A stretch of 64,000 nucleotides of DNA from a bacterium (GTDB taxonomy: Bacteria > Patescibacteriota > Microgenomatia > UBA8517): the NCBI GenBank assembly GCA_021824915.1, contig JAKAJP010000018.1, positions 596 to 64,595 of the forward strand, read 5' to 3'. Shown piece by piece: positions 47,251 through 56,354 of this stretch. Position 1 is the first letter of the stretch; the number at the start of each line of letters is the position of its first letter. The notes under the pieces are model-generated. The model worked only from the letters and a program-made list of their open reading frames with translations, was not told where the DNA came from and ran no database searches. The translations under genes and the position numbers were made by a program.

Positions 47251-48019
47251 TAATCGCCCCATCGGAATATTTGACTCGGGTTTGGGTGGTCTGACTGTTG
47301 TCAGGGAGATTATTAAAATTTTACCAAACGAAGATTTAGTTTATTTAGGGGATACTGCCAGAGTACCATATGGAACTCGTAGCAAGGAGACGATTATTAA
47401 ATTTTCTTTTGAAGATGCAGAATTTTTACTGACTAAGAATGTTAAATGCATAATAATCGCTTGCAACACGGCATCTTCGGTCGCAGCCTCAGTATTAAAA
47501 AAGGAGCTGGATGTTCCTGTTTTTGATGTAATTGGTCCGGCTCTAAGAGATGCCCGTATGATTTCTGGAAACGGAAAGATCGGAATGATAGGGACAAGGG
47601 CGACTGTGGCAAGTGGTGCCTATAAGGACACTTTCGGAATTGCCTGTCCACTTCTTGTGCCGTTTATTGAAGAAGGTGAAATTAATTCTGGAGCTTTAGA
47701 GCTTGTGGTTAAAAATTATCTTAAGGGTTTTGAAAAAACCAAAATTAAGGCTTTAATTTTAGGTTGTACCCATTATCCGATAATTGAAGAACTTATTCGT
47801 AGGGTAATCGGAGGTGGTATTAAGCTAGTTAATCCGGAGAAGTCTGTTTCGATTGCTACCAAGAAGTATTTAATTGAACATAAAATGTTATCAGATAAAC
47901 AAGGACAAGGAAGACGAACATATTTTGTAACCGATTTAACCGATCGGTTCAAAAGTGTGGCTGAAATGTTCTTGGGTCATTCAATTAACGGTTATCTCAA
48001 AAAGGTTATAATAGGCTAG
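47243..48019 (+). CDS. murI: Glutamate racemase
   Basis: 'PIGIFDSGLGGLTVV' and 'IIACNTAS' / 'GCTHYP' catalytic-Cys motifs. Confidence 0.85.
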   Translation: MADNRPIGIFDSGLGGLTVVREIIKILPNEDLVYLGDTARVPYGTRSKETIIKFSFEDAEFLLTKNVKCIIIACNTASSVAASVLKKELDVPVFDVIGPALRDARMISGNGKIGMIGTRATVASGAYKDTFGIACPLLVPFIEEGEINSGALELVVKNYLKGFEKTKIKALILGCTHYPIIEELIRRVIGGGIKLVNPEKSVSIATKKYLIEHKMLSDKQGQGRRTYFVTDLTDRFKSVAEMFLGHSINGYLKKVIIG

Positions 48020-48021
48020 AC

Positions 48022-49143
48022 ATGAAGACTTACGGATTTGTTAGGCGGTGGATGGGAATAAAATTGCCCGAAGTACACTACAAGGATAAGACCAGCTTTG
48101 TGAAAAAATTCTTTTTTCACCCTATTAAGCGTAGATTGGCGAGATGTTATCTTATTTTCCTTCAAAAATTCACCAACCTGAAAGTTATTGCAATTACTGG
48201 GAGTGCGGGTAAAACAACAACAAAAGAAATGCTATCTTCAGTTTTGAAACAAGACGGTTTGACTGTTTATACAAAGGAGAATATCGACCCGGTTTACAAC
48301 ATTCCTACAACTATATTGAGAACTCTCCCATGGACCAAATATTTAGTTTTGGAGATGGGTGTCGAATATCCGGACGAAATGGATTTTTATTTATGGCTTG
48401 CAAAGCCAGATGTTGGGATTATTACTAATATTTTTCCTACCCATACCGCATTCCTTAATGACGTTGAGGGTGTGTTTAATGAAAAGAAAAAGCTGATTTT
48501 CGGACTTTCTGAAAAGGGTGTGGCGGTTCTTAATTCCGGGGACGAGCGATTGAAAAAACTGAAGGGTAAATTGAGAACTAAGATTGTTTGGTTCTCCGCA
48601 GATATCGATCCCTTTGTTCAAAACCATAATGCCGCCTATGCCGCCGCTGAGGTGTTGAAGATAAGTAAAGAAAAAATTGAGAAAGGTCTTTCAGAATATA
48701 AAAATCCTCCGCACAGACTGGCCTTGGTCAATCTGAAATCCGGCGCGGTGCTTCTGGATGATAGCTACAACAGCAATCCCTGGGCTGCAGTCTCGACGCT
48801 TAATTATTTTAATAGTCTGGTTAAAAAGCGAAATGATGTTAGAGGTAAAAAGATTGCTGTTTTGGGAGACATGTTGGAGCTTGGAGATTTTGACGAAGAG
48901 GGTCATAGACTTTTGGGCCGCGAGGTTGCCAAATCAGGTTTTAAGACCGTCATCGGGGTGGGAAAATCAGCCGGATTTATGATTGATGAAATAAATAGAA
49001 ACTCAAAAACCACTACTTTTTTAGTTCCGGATGTTTCAAGTGCGATTTTGCTGATTAAGAAGATGCTTAACAAAGGTGTGTTTGTTCTTGTGAAGGGCTC
49101 CAGATCAATTGGGCTTGATAAACTAGTTGAAGCTCTTTCTTGA
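48022..49143 (+). CDS. murF: Mur ligase, MurF-like (UDP-MurNAc-tripeptide--D-Ala-D-Ala ligase), short form
   Basis: Mur ligase P-loop 'AITGSAGKTTTKEML'. The other Mur ligases are assigned elsewhere in the cluster. 373 aa is shorter than the typical MurF. Confidence 0.65.
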   Translation: MKTYGFVRRWMGIKLPEVHYKDKTSFVKKFFFHPIKRRLARCYLIFLQKFTNLKVIAITGSAGKTTTKEMLSSVLKQDGLTVYTKENIDPVYNIPTTILRTLPWTKYLVLEMGVEYPDEMDFYLWLAKPDVGIITNIFPTHTAFLNDVEGVFNEKKKLIFGLSEKGVAVLNSGDERLKKLKGKLRTKIVWFSADIDPFVQNHNAAYAAAEVLKISKEKIEKGLSEYKNPPHRLALVNLKSGAVLLDDSYNSNPWAAVSTLNYFNSLVKKRNDVRGKKIAVLGDMLELGDFDEEGHRLLGREVAKSGFKTVIGVGKSAGFMIDEINRNSKTTTFLVPDVSSAILLIKKMLNKGVFVLVKGSRSIGLDKLVEALS

Positions 49144-49181
49144 TTGCGTGTGTTTTCACGAAGGATATATAATTAGTACCA

Positions 49182-50237
49182 ATGAGATCAATTAGCTCGC
49201 TTCCGCTGTCTCTTGGACTTGTGATTTTTTCGTTCTTGGTTAACTCAGTGATAATAATTCCTTTTATTGATCTTCTTTATAAACTCAACCTCACAAGAAG
49301 AGTCGAGGCGCCAAAGAAAGGCAAAATACCGCTTTTTGATAAATTGCATGATATTAAGGCCGGTACCCCGGTTGGGGGCGGAATTTTAATTATCGTTATG
49401 GTTAGTTTGCTATTTGTCATTCTTTTTCCGCTGGCATCGCGTTTAGGAGTCTTTATTCATACGGCATATAACCTTCGTGGTGAATTAACGGTCATTTTCT
49501 TTACTTTTATTTCCTTTGGTCTTTTGGGTCTTTTTGATGACCTGATCAAAATGTTTGGAAAACCTACGCAGGGGATACTGGGTTATTGGTTTGGTATAAG
49601 ACGGTGGCACAAATTTATAATTCAGTGGATTTTGGGTTTAATAACTGCCTATATGATTTATGGCTATCTTGGCATTGATATAATTCACATACCATTAATA
49701 GGAACGGTTTATCATTTGGGGATTTGGTTTGTGCCTTTTGCGGCATTTGTAATTGTCGCTTTTACAAACGCTTTTAATATAACGGACGGGTTGGATGGGT
49801 TGGCCTCCGGACTCTTGATAATTTGTTTGGGAGCCTTTGGAATAATTGCGGCGGGAAATCTTGATACACCACTTTCTCTTTTTATAGGTCTATGGATGGG
49901 GGCCTTGGTTGCTTTTTTATATTTCAATATTTGGCCTGCAAGAATTTTCCTGGGTGATGCCGGGGCTCTTTCATTTGGGGCGAGTTTGGCGGTTATCGGA
50001 CTTTTGACCGGCAGTATTGTTGCACTAGTGGTCATTGGGGGAATATTTGTTATTGAGATAACCTCATCTGCTATTCAGATTGTTGGTTGGAAGGTCTTTA
50101 AGAAACCAATTTTTCCACTCGCCCCTATACACCACAGTTTTTTGGCAATAGGTTGGGAAGAGCCAAAAATTGTTATGAGAGCGTGGCTCTTTGGACTTAT
50201 GCTAGCAGTTTTTGGTCTTTGGCTGGCCACAATTTAG
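49182..50237 (+). CDS. mraY: Phospho-N-acetylmuramoyl-pentapeptide transferase
   Basis: Polytopic membrane protein with 'NAFNITDGLDGLASG' and 'GDAGALSFGA' MraY motifs. Confidence 0.85.
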   Translation: MRSISSLPLSLGLVIFSFLVNSVIIIPFIDLLYKLNLTRRVEAPKKGKIPLFDKLHDIKAGTPVGGGILIIVMVSLLFVILFPLASRLGVFIHTAYNLRGELTVIFFTFISFGLLGLFDDLIKMFGKPTQGILGYWFGIRRWHKFIIQWILGLITAYMIYGYLGIDIIHIPLIGTVYHLGIWFVPFAAFVIVAFTNAFNITDGLDGLASGLLIICLGAFGIIAAGNLDTPLSLFIGLWMGALVAFLYFNIWPARIFLGDAGALSFGASLAVIGLLTGSIVALVVIGGIFVIEITSSAIQIVGWKVFKKPIFPLAPIHHSFLAIGWEEPKIVMRAWLFGLMLAVFGLWLATI

Positions 50238-50247
50238 CTCCCAATTA

Positions 50248-51348
50248 ATGCGTCAAAAAAAGAGTTTTCTTTCAAAACAAGTCAAGAAACCCGACAGGAG
50301 TTTGTTGATTTTAATTTTGGTTTTTGTATTTCTTGGTCTTGTTGCGGTCGCGGATGTTTCTGCCCCACAAGCACTATCCCAATTTAACGACAAGTTTTTT
50401 TTCTTGAAACAACAGGCAATCTGGGCAGTTCTCGGTTTGATTGCAATGTTTGTAGTTTCAAAGATCGACTACAAGTTTTGGGAGAAAGTTGCTACGCCAT
50501 TTTTCTTCGCAGCTGTTGTTCTTTTGGTGGTTGTATTGATTCCGGGAATTGGAGCCAAACTTTTGGGGGCACGGCGCTGGATTGCAATCGGTTCGTTTAA
50601 TTTACAACCCTCTGAGATTATAAAACTGGCACTCGCTATGTATTTAGCTAAAGTAGCCCAATCAAAAAAAGGAGTATTATCTTTTTTTGTTCCATTCGCT
50701 CTAGTACTTGTTCTCATAATGCTGCAGCCGGATTTGGGAACGGCTCTTGTGGTAGCCTTCTTGGGGTTTTCTCAGATTTTTGTTTCCGGAGTAAATATTT
50801 TATATTTTGTCGGAGCGACATTGATTGGGGCTGTTGCTACGTTGACGTTGATTGTTTTTTCACCATACCGGAAAGATCGTTTAATGACGTTCTTGCAGTC
50901 AACGAGCGATCCCCTAGGACGCGACTATCATATTAGGCAAATTCTTTTGAGCCTGGGTTCTGGGGGAATTTTTGGGGTCGGCATTGGGCAGTCACACCAA
51001 AAATATCTTTTTTTACCGGAGGCGTCCACGGATTCTATTTTTGCGGTAATACTGGAGGAGCTGGGGTTTGTGGGCGGAGTGATATTGATAGGGCTTTTTG
51101 TATATTTTATTTTTAGATTACTTAGGGTTTGTTTGAACGCCCCTGACGATTTTGCAAAAATATTTGCTATAGGGATAACTTGTTGGTTGGGAGGACAAAT
51201 ATTCTTAAACATGGCTTCCATGGTTGCATTAGTACCTCTGACGGGGATTCCGCTTCCATTTTTTTCATACGGGGGCAGTAGTTTGGTTACGATCCTTATA
51301 GCTTGCGGTATACTACTTAATATATCTTCCCATGCAACAAAGACGTAA
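50248..51348 (+). CDS. ftsW: SEDS-family peptidoglycan glycosyltransferase FtsW
   Basis: 'PDLGTALV', 'SGGIFGVGIGQS' and 'LPEASTDSIFAVILEELGFVG' SEDS motifs. Sits between mraY and murG. Confidence 0.8.
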   Translation: MRQKKSFLSKQVKKPDRSLLILILVFVFLGLVAVADVSAPQALSQFNDKFFFLKQQAIWAVLGLIAMFVVSKIDYKFWEKVATPFFFAAVVLLVVVLIPGIGAKLLGARRWIAIGSFNLQPSEIIKLALAMYLAKVAQSKKGVLSFFVPFALVLVLIMLQPDLGTALVVAFLGFSQIFVSGVNILYFVGATLIGAVATLTLIVFSPYRKDRLMTFLQSTSDPLGRDYHIRQILLSLGSGGIFGVGIGQSHQKYLFLPEASTDSIFAVILEELGFVGGVILIGLFVYFIFRLLRVCLNAPDDFAKIFAIGITCWLGGQIFLNMASMVALVPLTGIPLPFFSYGGSSLVTILIACGILLNISSHATKT

Positions 51349-52441
51349 AAACATTCTAATGACAGGAGGTCACGCCGCAACGACGGCTCTGGCGGTTATC
51401 GAAGAGATAAAAAGGACCGAGTCATTAAGAGATATTCAAATCTATTTTGTGGGTTCCAGGTATGCAATGGAGGGTCTTGACATTGAAACCCTTGAATATA
51501 AGACTCTTACTAAAATTGGAGTTAATTTTTACCCAATTGTCACCGGTAGGTTGCAAACAAAATTTACCCGATACACATTGTTCTCACTTATTAAAATTCC
51601 GATTGGTTTTGTACATGCTTTTTTTATTTTGTTAAAAATTAAACCCAGACTTGTCCTTACTTTTGGGGGTTTTGCTTCTTTCCCGGTTGTTTTTTGGTCG
51701 TTTTTGTTCGGAATACCGGTTGTCATGCAGGAACAGACAATCGCAGCAGGTAGAGCTGCGATCTTTTCCGCTGTTTTTGCAAGAAAAATATTACTTGCAA
51801 GAAGCGAAAGTCTTAAATATTTCCCCAAAGATAAGTGCGTTGTTACCGGCAATCCAATTATGAGAGAAGTATTAAATATTAAACCGGTTGGTAAACATTC
51901 GCCTGAGAGCATTCTTTTTATGGGCGGTTCACGAGGTTCAAGTTTTGTAAATAAGCTTGCAATGGCAATTATTCCTGAGCTTATAAAGAAATATCACGTT
52001 ATACACATTACGGGTGACAAAGATTTTCCAGAAGTAGTTAAGTTTAAGTCGGCACTATCAAAGGCCACAAGTGATAATTACGAGGTGGTTTCCGGTGCCA
52101 CACCGTTTGAGATGGGCCGATTTTACGGGCAGATCGATTTAGTTGTTGGCCGTGCCGGAGCTAATACGGTTTCCGAAGTTTTATATCTAAAAAAGCCGGC
52201 GATTTTTATTCCCCTCGGCCTATCGTTTGCGGACGAGCAGACAAAAAATGCCATGTACTCAAAAGAATTTGGGATTGGCCGAGTAATTTCCGAAAAAGAT
52301 GCAACTCCGGTCAGGGTAGCGTCTGAAATTTCTGACGTTTTTAGTGATTATCAATCTATTATTGAAAGAGTTGAAAGTAAATCCTCGCCTGATCTGGATG
52401 CTCCCCAAAAAATTGTCGCTATTCTTAAAGAATATCTTTAA
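51332..52441 (+). CDS. murG: UDP-GlcNAc:undecaprenyl-PP-MurNAc-pentapeptide GlcNAc transferase
   Basis: GT28 architecture, 'ILMTGGHAATT' N-terminus and a C-terminal 'GRAGANTVSEV' motif. Sits between ftsW and ftsQ. Confidence 0.75.
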   Translation: MQQRRKNILMTGGHAATTALAVIEEIKRTESLRDIQIYFVGSRYAMEGLDIETLEYKTLTKIGVNFYPIVTGRLQTKFTRYTLFSLIKIPIGFVHAFFILLKIKPRLVLTFGGFASFPVVFWSFLFGIPVVMQEQTIAAGRAAIFSAVFARKILLARSESLKYFPKDKCVVTGNPIMREVLNIKPVGKHSPESILFMGGSRGSSFVNKLAMAIIPELIKKYHVIHITGDKDFPEVVKFKSALSKATSDNYEVVSGATPFEMGRFYGQIDLVVGRAGANTVSEVLYLKKPAIFIPLGLSFADEQTKNAMYSKEFGIGRVISEKDATPVRVASEISDVFSDYQSIIERVESKSSPDLDAPQKIVAILKEYL

Positions 52442-53111
52442 CGTCGGTATCCGTTGGTTTTTAATCCTTATTACCCCGGGTATTGTCCTATTCGCTATTG
52501 CTTTTCCGTTTTTTGCCAAAGCGAAGTCTTTTGAGTGTTCTACACAATATGGGCCCTGTTCGGATCAGGTAAATTCTGCCTTAACGTCTTTTTCCGGGAA
52601 AACAATTTTTACAGCAAGACGTGAGATAAAAAATCTGTTACGCAAGGATATTTATATAAAAAATATGACGGTTAGGTTTACTTTTCCGGACAAGATCAGT
52701 GTCGACATACTTATCAAGAAGCCATCGTTTTGTATAAGTACCGATAACCCTCAAAAATTTGCTTTTGTAGATGAAGATGGCGTAATTTTGACTTTGGCCT
52801 CCTCCTGTGCACTTCCGGAAGTTTTAACAAAACCAACGCCCCGTATTCAGGGGCAGAAGGTTCTCGATCAGGAACTCTTTTCTCTAAAAATTGTTCGCGG
52901 GGTTTATGAAATGTATCAAGTGTCAACGGGAGTGCTTAACGACAATTTGACCGTTGAACTCGGAAGTGGGATCAAGGTAATATTTCCTGTGCAGGGGGAT
53001 AGTGATGCCCTACTCGGGGCGTTGCGGCTTATTTATACTAAAATTCAAAAGTATTTCCCGGGAAAGTATAAGGAAATCGACTTGCGTTTTGATAGTCCTG
53101 TATTAAGATAA
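52401..53111 (+). CDS. ftsQ: FtsQ/DivIB-like cell-division protein (TM + POTRA-like)
   Basis: N-terminal TM 'WFLILITPGIVLFAIAF' then a beta-rich region, located between murG and ftsA. The start is uncertain (candidates 52344 and 52401). Confidence 0.45.
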   Translation, partial: LPKKLSLFLKNIFNVGIRWFLILITPGIVLFAIAFPFFAKAKSFECSTQYGPCSDQVNSALTSFSGKTIFTARREIKNLLRKDIYIKNMTVRFTFPDKISVDILIKKPSFCISTDNPQKFAFVDEDGVILTLASSCALPEVLTKPTPRIQGQKVLDQELFSLKIVRGVYEMYQVSTGVLNDNLTVELGSGIKVIFPVQGDSDALLGALRLIYTKIQKYFPGKYKEIDLRFDSPVLR

Positions 53112-53118
53112 GGAAGTT

Positions 53119-54378
53119 ATGGGTAAAACAAAGATAATTGCCGGAATCGAGATGGGTTCCTCAAAAATTGCAACTTTAGTTGCTCAAGTAAATTTAGATC
53201 CGGTTACTATGGAGACTTCAATTAATGTGATAGGTGCTTCTTCGGTCAACTCTCAGGGAATTAAGAAGGGTCAGATAGTTGATATTGAGGAAGCTGTTGA
53301 GGCAACTATTGCATCAGTCGAAGCTGCTGAAAGGATGGCGGGTTATAGCCTTGAATCTGCCTATATTGCTTTAGGTGGAGCGCATGTACGTAGTCAAAAC
53401 TCACATGGAGTTGTTGCAGTATCGGACCCTCAGGGCGAGATAACTCAGAACGATGTAGACAGGGCGATTGAAGCCGCGGCTGCTATCTCTGTTCCTACAT
53501 CAAGGGAGGTTGTGCACGTTTTACCGCGGGAGTTTGTTGTCGATGGAGAGACCGGGGTTAAAGATCCGGTCGGAATGAGTGGGGTGCGTCTTGAAGTTGA
53601 CACGCATATTGTTTCGGCCGCTGTTAGTTCCATAAAAAACTTAACGAAAGCCATCGGCGAAGTTGGGGTAGAAATCTCCGACATGGTTTTTTCGGGTCTT
53701 GCTTCGGCAGAGGCTGTAGTGAGTTCAACCGAAAAGGAATTGGGGTGTGTGCTTGTTGATATTGGCGGTGGAACAACCTCCATTGCCGTGTTTTTGGAGG
53801 GTTCACTTGCGTATTCCGGAGTAATCCCTGTTGGGGCTAAAAATGTTACCAACGATTTGGCGATAGGTCTTCGAGTTTCATTGGAAACCGCGGAGAAAAT
53901 AAAAATTGCCCTTTCTTCCAAGAAAAAGGATAAGGAGGAAAGTGATGAGATAGATTTGGAGAGTCTTGGAATTTCAGAGGTGAAGAAAATATCCAAGAAA
54001 ACCCTTCTTGAAGGGATAATTAGGCCACGCCTAAATGAAATTTTTACAATGGTTCGTCTTGAACTTGAAAAAGAAGGCTTGGCTACGAGAATTCCGAGCG
54101 GCGCAATCGTTACTGGCGGAGGAGCAGAGACTGCCGGAGTTATCGATTCAGCAAAAAGAATGCTCTCCTTACCGGTCCGGATTGGGATTCCGAAGGGAAT
54201 TAGTGGATTAATTGACGATATTATTGTTCCCTCTTTCGCAACCCCTGTCGGTCTTATTATTTATGGATCGAAAGACAGTCAAAGCGAGAACTTGACAACA
54301 TTCGGGAAAAAGATGAAACTACCTGTGACTGGAATTTTCGGAAAAATTGTATCAACAGTTAAGGATCTTCTGCCCTAG
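53119..54378 (+). CDS. ftsA: Cell-division protein FtsA (actin-like ATPase)
   Basis: 'IIAGIEMGSSKIATLVAQ' N-terminus and a 'VLVDIGGGTTSIAVF' phosphate-2 motif. RBS AAGGAAG. Confidence 0.85.
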   Translation: MGKTKIIAGIEMGSSKIATLVAQVNLDPVTMETSINVIGASSVNSQGIKKGQIVDIEEAVEATIASVEAAERMAGYSLESAYIALGGAHVRSQNSHGVVAVSDPQGEITQNDVDRAIEAAAAISVPTSREVVHVLPREFVVDGETGVKDPVGMSGVRLEVDTHIVSAAVSSIKNLTKAIGEVGVEISDMVFSGLASAEAVVSSTEKELGCVLVDIGGGTTSIAVFLEGSLAYSGVIPVGAKNVTNDLAIGLRVSLETAEKIKIALSSKKKDKEESDEIDLESLGISEVKKISKKTLLEGIIRPRLNEIFTMVRLELEKEGLATRIPSGAIVTGGGAETAGVIDSAKRMLSLPVRIGIPKGISGLIDDIIVPSFATPVGLIIYGSKDSQSENLTTFGKKMKLPVTGIFGKIVSTVKDLLP

Positions 54379-54422
54379 TTGTTTTTTTCTTCTGCCCCAT
54401 ATAAAATCCTGCTACAAAAGGC

Positions 54423-55577
54423 ATGGCACTCGTAAAACCTGATTCTGCAAGAATTGCAAAAATAAAAGTTATTGGTGTGGGTGGTGGTGGAGGAAATGCG
54501 GTTACCTCAATGATTGATGGCGGTAACATTAATGGGGTTGAATTTATTGCTATTAATACAGACGCTCAGGTTCTTCTTGCAAATAAAGCCCCAACGAAAC
54601 TTCAGATAGGAGAAAAGTTGACTAAAGGTCTTGGCGTTGGAGGAAATCCGGGAATTGGCGAGCAGGCGGCAGAAGAATCAGTTGAAAAAATTAAGGAGCT
54701 TCTTATTGATAGCGATATGGTTTTTATAACGGCCGGAATGGGTGGGGGAACCGGTACCGGGGCTGCACCTGTGATCGCGAAATTAGCAAAAGAAACCGGA
54801 GCTCTTACCGTTGCAATTGTTACAAAACCTTTTGCCTTCGAGGGAACGAGAAGGATGGTTGCAGCGGAAGATGGAATAGAGAAGCTTAAAGATTCAACTG
54901 ATACTCTTATTGTTATACCGAATCAAAGATTAATGGACGTGATTGATAGGAAGATGACTCTTCTTGAAGCTTTTAAGGTGGTTGACTCTGTACTGGGTCA
55001 GGCGGTTGGAGGAATTGCGGACATCATAACTACTGCAGGTTTGGTTAATGTTGATTTTGCAGATGTTAAAACAATAATGAAAGACGCAGGAACGGCACTT
55101 TTGGGAATTGGAACCGGGGTAGGGGAAAATAGGGCCCAAATGGCGGCCCGTGCTGCAGTTAGCTCTCCACTTCTTGATCTTTCAATCGAAGGGGCCAGAG
55201 GAGTTCTTTTTAACATTGCCGGTGGACAGGACCTTACGATGTTTGAGGTCGATGAGGCTGCAAGGATCATTTCTTCGGCTGCTGATCCTGATGCAAATGT
55301 CATTTTTGGAGCCGTAATTAAAGACGACCTCAGTGATCAAGTCAGAATTACTGTTATTGCAACAGGGTTTGATGAAACTAGATCCCGTCTTGCACAGATG
55401 AGTAAGCCGTTGGTGTCTAAACCGGTTGTTCAAGGGGTGGTTAGCGAGGTTTCACAAAAAGAAGAGGAAGAGGAAAAAAGGAACGAGCCTCCTACTGAAA
55501 CTGGCGGTTCTCAAGACGACGAGGACATTTTTGGCGAAAAGTTTGAAATCCCTGCATTTTTAAGGAAGATTCACTAG
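54423..55577 (+). CDS. ftsZ: Cell-division GTPase FtsZ
   Basis: Tubulin signature '[10 protein letters not shown]' and '[18 protein letters not shown]', plus an acidic C-terminal tail. Confidence 0.95.
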   Translation: MALVKPDSARIAKIKVIGVGGGGGNAVTSMIDGGNINGVEFIAINTDAQVLLANKAPTKLQIGEKLTKGLGVGGNPGIGEQAAEESVEKIKELLIDSDMVFITAGMGGGTGTGAAPVIAKLAKETGALTVAIVTKPFAFEGTRRMVAAEDGIEKLKDSTDTLIVIPNQRLMDVIDRKMTLLEAFKVVDSVLGQAVGGIADIITTAGLVNVDFADVKTIMKDAGTALLGIGTGVGENRAQMAARAAVSSPLLDLSIEGARGVLFNIAGGQDLTMFEVDEAARIISSAADPDANVIFGAVIKDDLSDQVRITVIATGFDETRSRLAQMSKPLVSKPVVQGVVSEVSQKEEEEEKRNEPPTETGGSQDDEDIFGEKFEIPAFLRKIH

Positions 55578-55815
55578 TTTAGATATTATTAAGCTAAAGG
55601 TGTAGGAGACGGCTGAGGGGTGAAACTCTCGTTTTTTTTGACTTCGGGTTGTATTTCGATAGCTTCAGCGGGTTTCTCTTTTAATTTCCCCATATCCGTT
55701 TCCACTACGGGGCTTTTTAGACTTTGTCCGTAAACATTTGGGTCCTTGCCTGTTAAGTCTTCGATTGCCATTTGATTGCGATTTTACTTCAAGTATCTAT
55801 GCAAGTCAAAATAAA

Positions 55816-56256
55816 TTATTTCCCTACCGGACAGACTTCAATTTCGTTGGGTTGATAAACACCACCTACATTTTCGGTTGTGATTTTGTTGTTTGTATCA
55901 CCGCCGAATTTTCCCATTTCCTGGCCATCTCTATAAATTACAACTTCGGTTTTTGGATACCCAAGAGCTCTTGAGGCACCAAAAGCCGTTTGAAGGTTTC
56001 CTACTTCCGTTTTTCCGACAATTACACATCCGTTAGGTTCAAGTTCGTAAGTAGCACCCGTATCCGGGCTTTTAATTGTAGTTACCGGTGTAGGGCTGAG
56101 AGCCGGAAGGGCTTTGGTTGGCTGAGTTTCAGGTGTAGGCTCAATATTGCCAGTAAGCGTTGGGGCTACATTTCTTGAACGTAGCACGTAACCAACTCCA
56201 AGCGCGATGGAGGTTGTTACTGCGATAGCGGCATATATCAGTTTCTTTCTTTCCAC
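55816..56256 (-). CDS. Secreted or membrane-anchored hypothetical protein
   Basis: 146 aa, N-terminal TM 'LIYAAIAVTTSIALGVGYVL', Pro/Thr-rich linker. No motif. Confidence 0.35.
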   Translation of the reverse strand: MERKKLIYAAIAVTTSIALGVGYVLRSRNVAPTLTGNIEPTPETQPTKALPALSPTPVTTIKSPDTGATYELEPNGCVIVGKTEVGNLQTAFGASRALGYPKTEVVIYRDGQEMGKFGGDTNNKITTENVGGVYQPNEIEVCPVGK

Positions 56257-56354
56257 AACCGGATTTTAGTACTACTATGAGATGAACGCAAACGAAAATG
56301 GCTTCCACAAAGGTTGGAAGTTGATGTACAATAGCTTCAAGCGAAAGCTTTTTT

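Noticed and set aside
55578-55815. Putative rho-independent terminator after ftsZ (T8 run at ~55632) and a 60-aa minus-strand ORF 55589-55771
   Set aside because: The T-run is preceded by only a 3-bp potential stem (GAG...CTC), so I could not support a real hairpin. The small ORF has no motif and no convincing start context.
56257-56354. Possible T-box leaders upstream of ileS (56257-56354) and glyQS (34974-34991)
   Set aside because: The intergenic spaces are about 100 nt and 18 nt. That is far too short for a T-box riboswitch (about 250 nt), and no T-box conserved sequence AATTAGGGTGGNACCGCG-like was seen.
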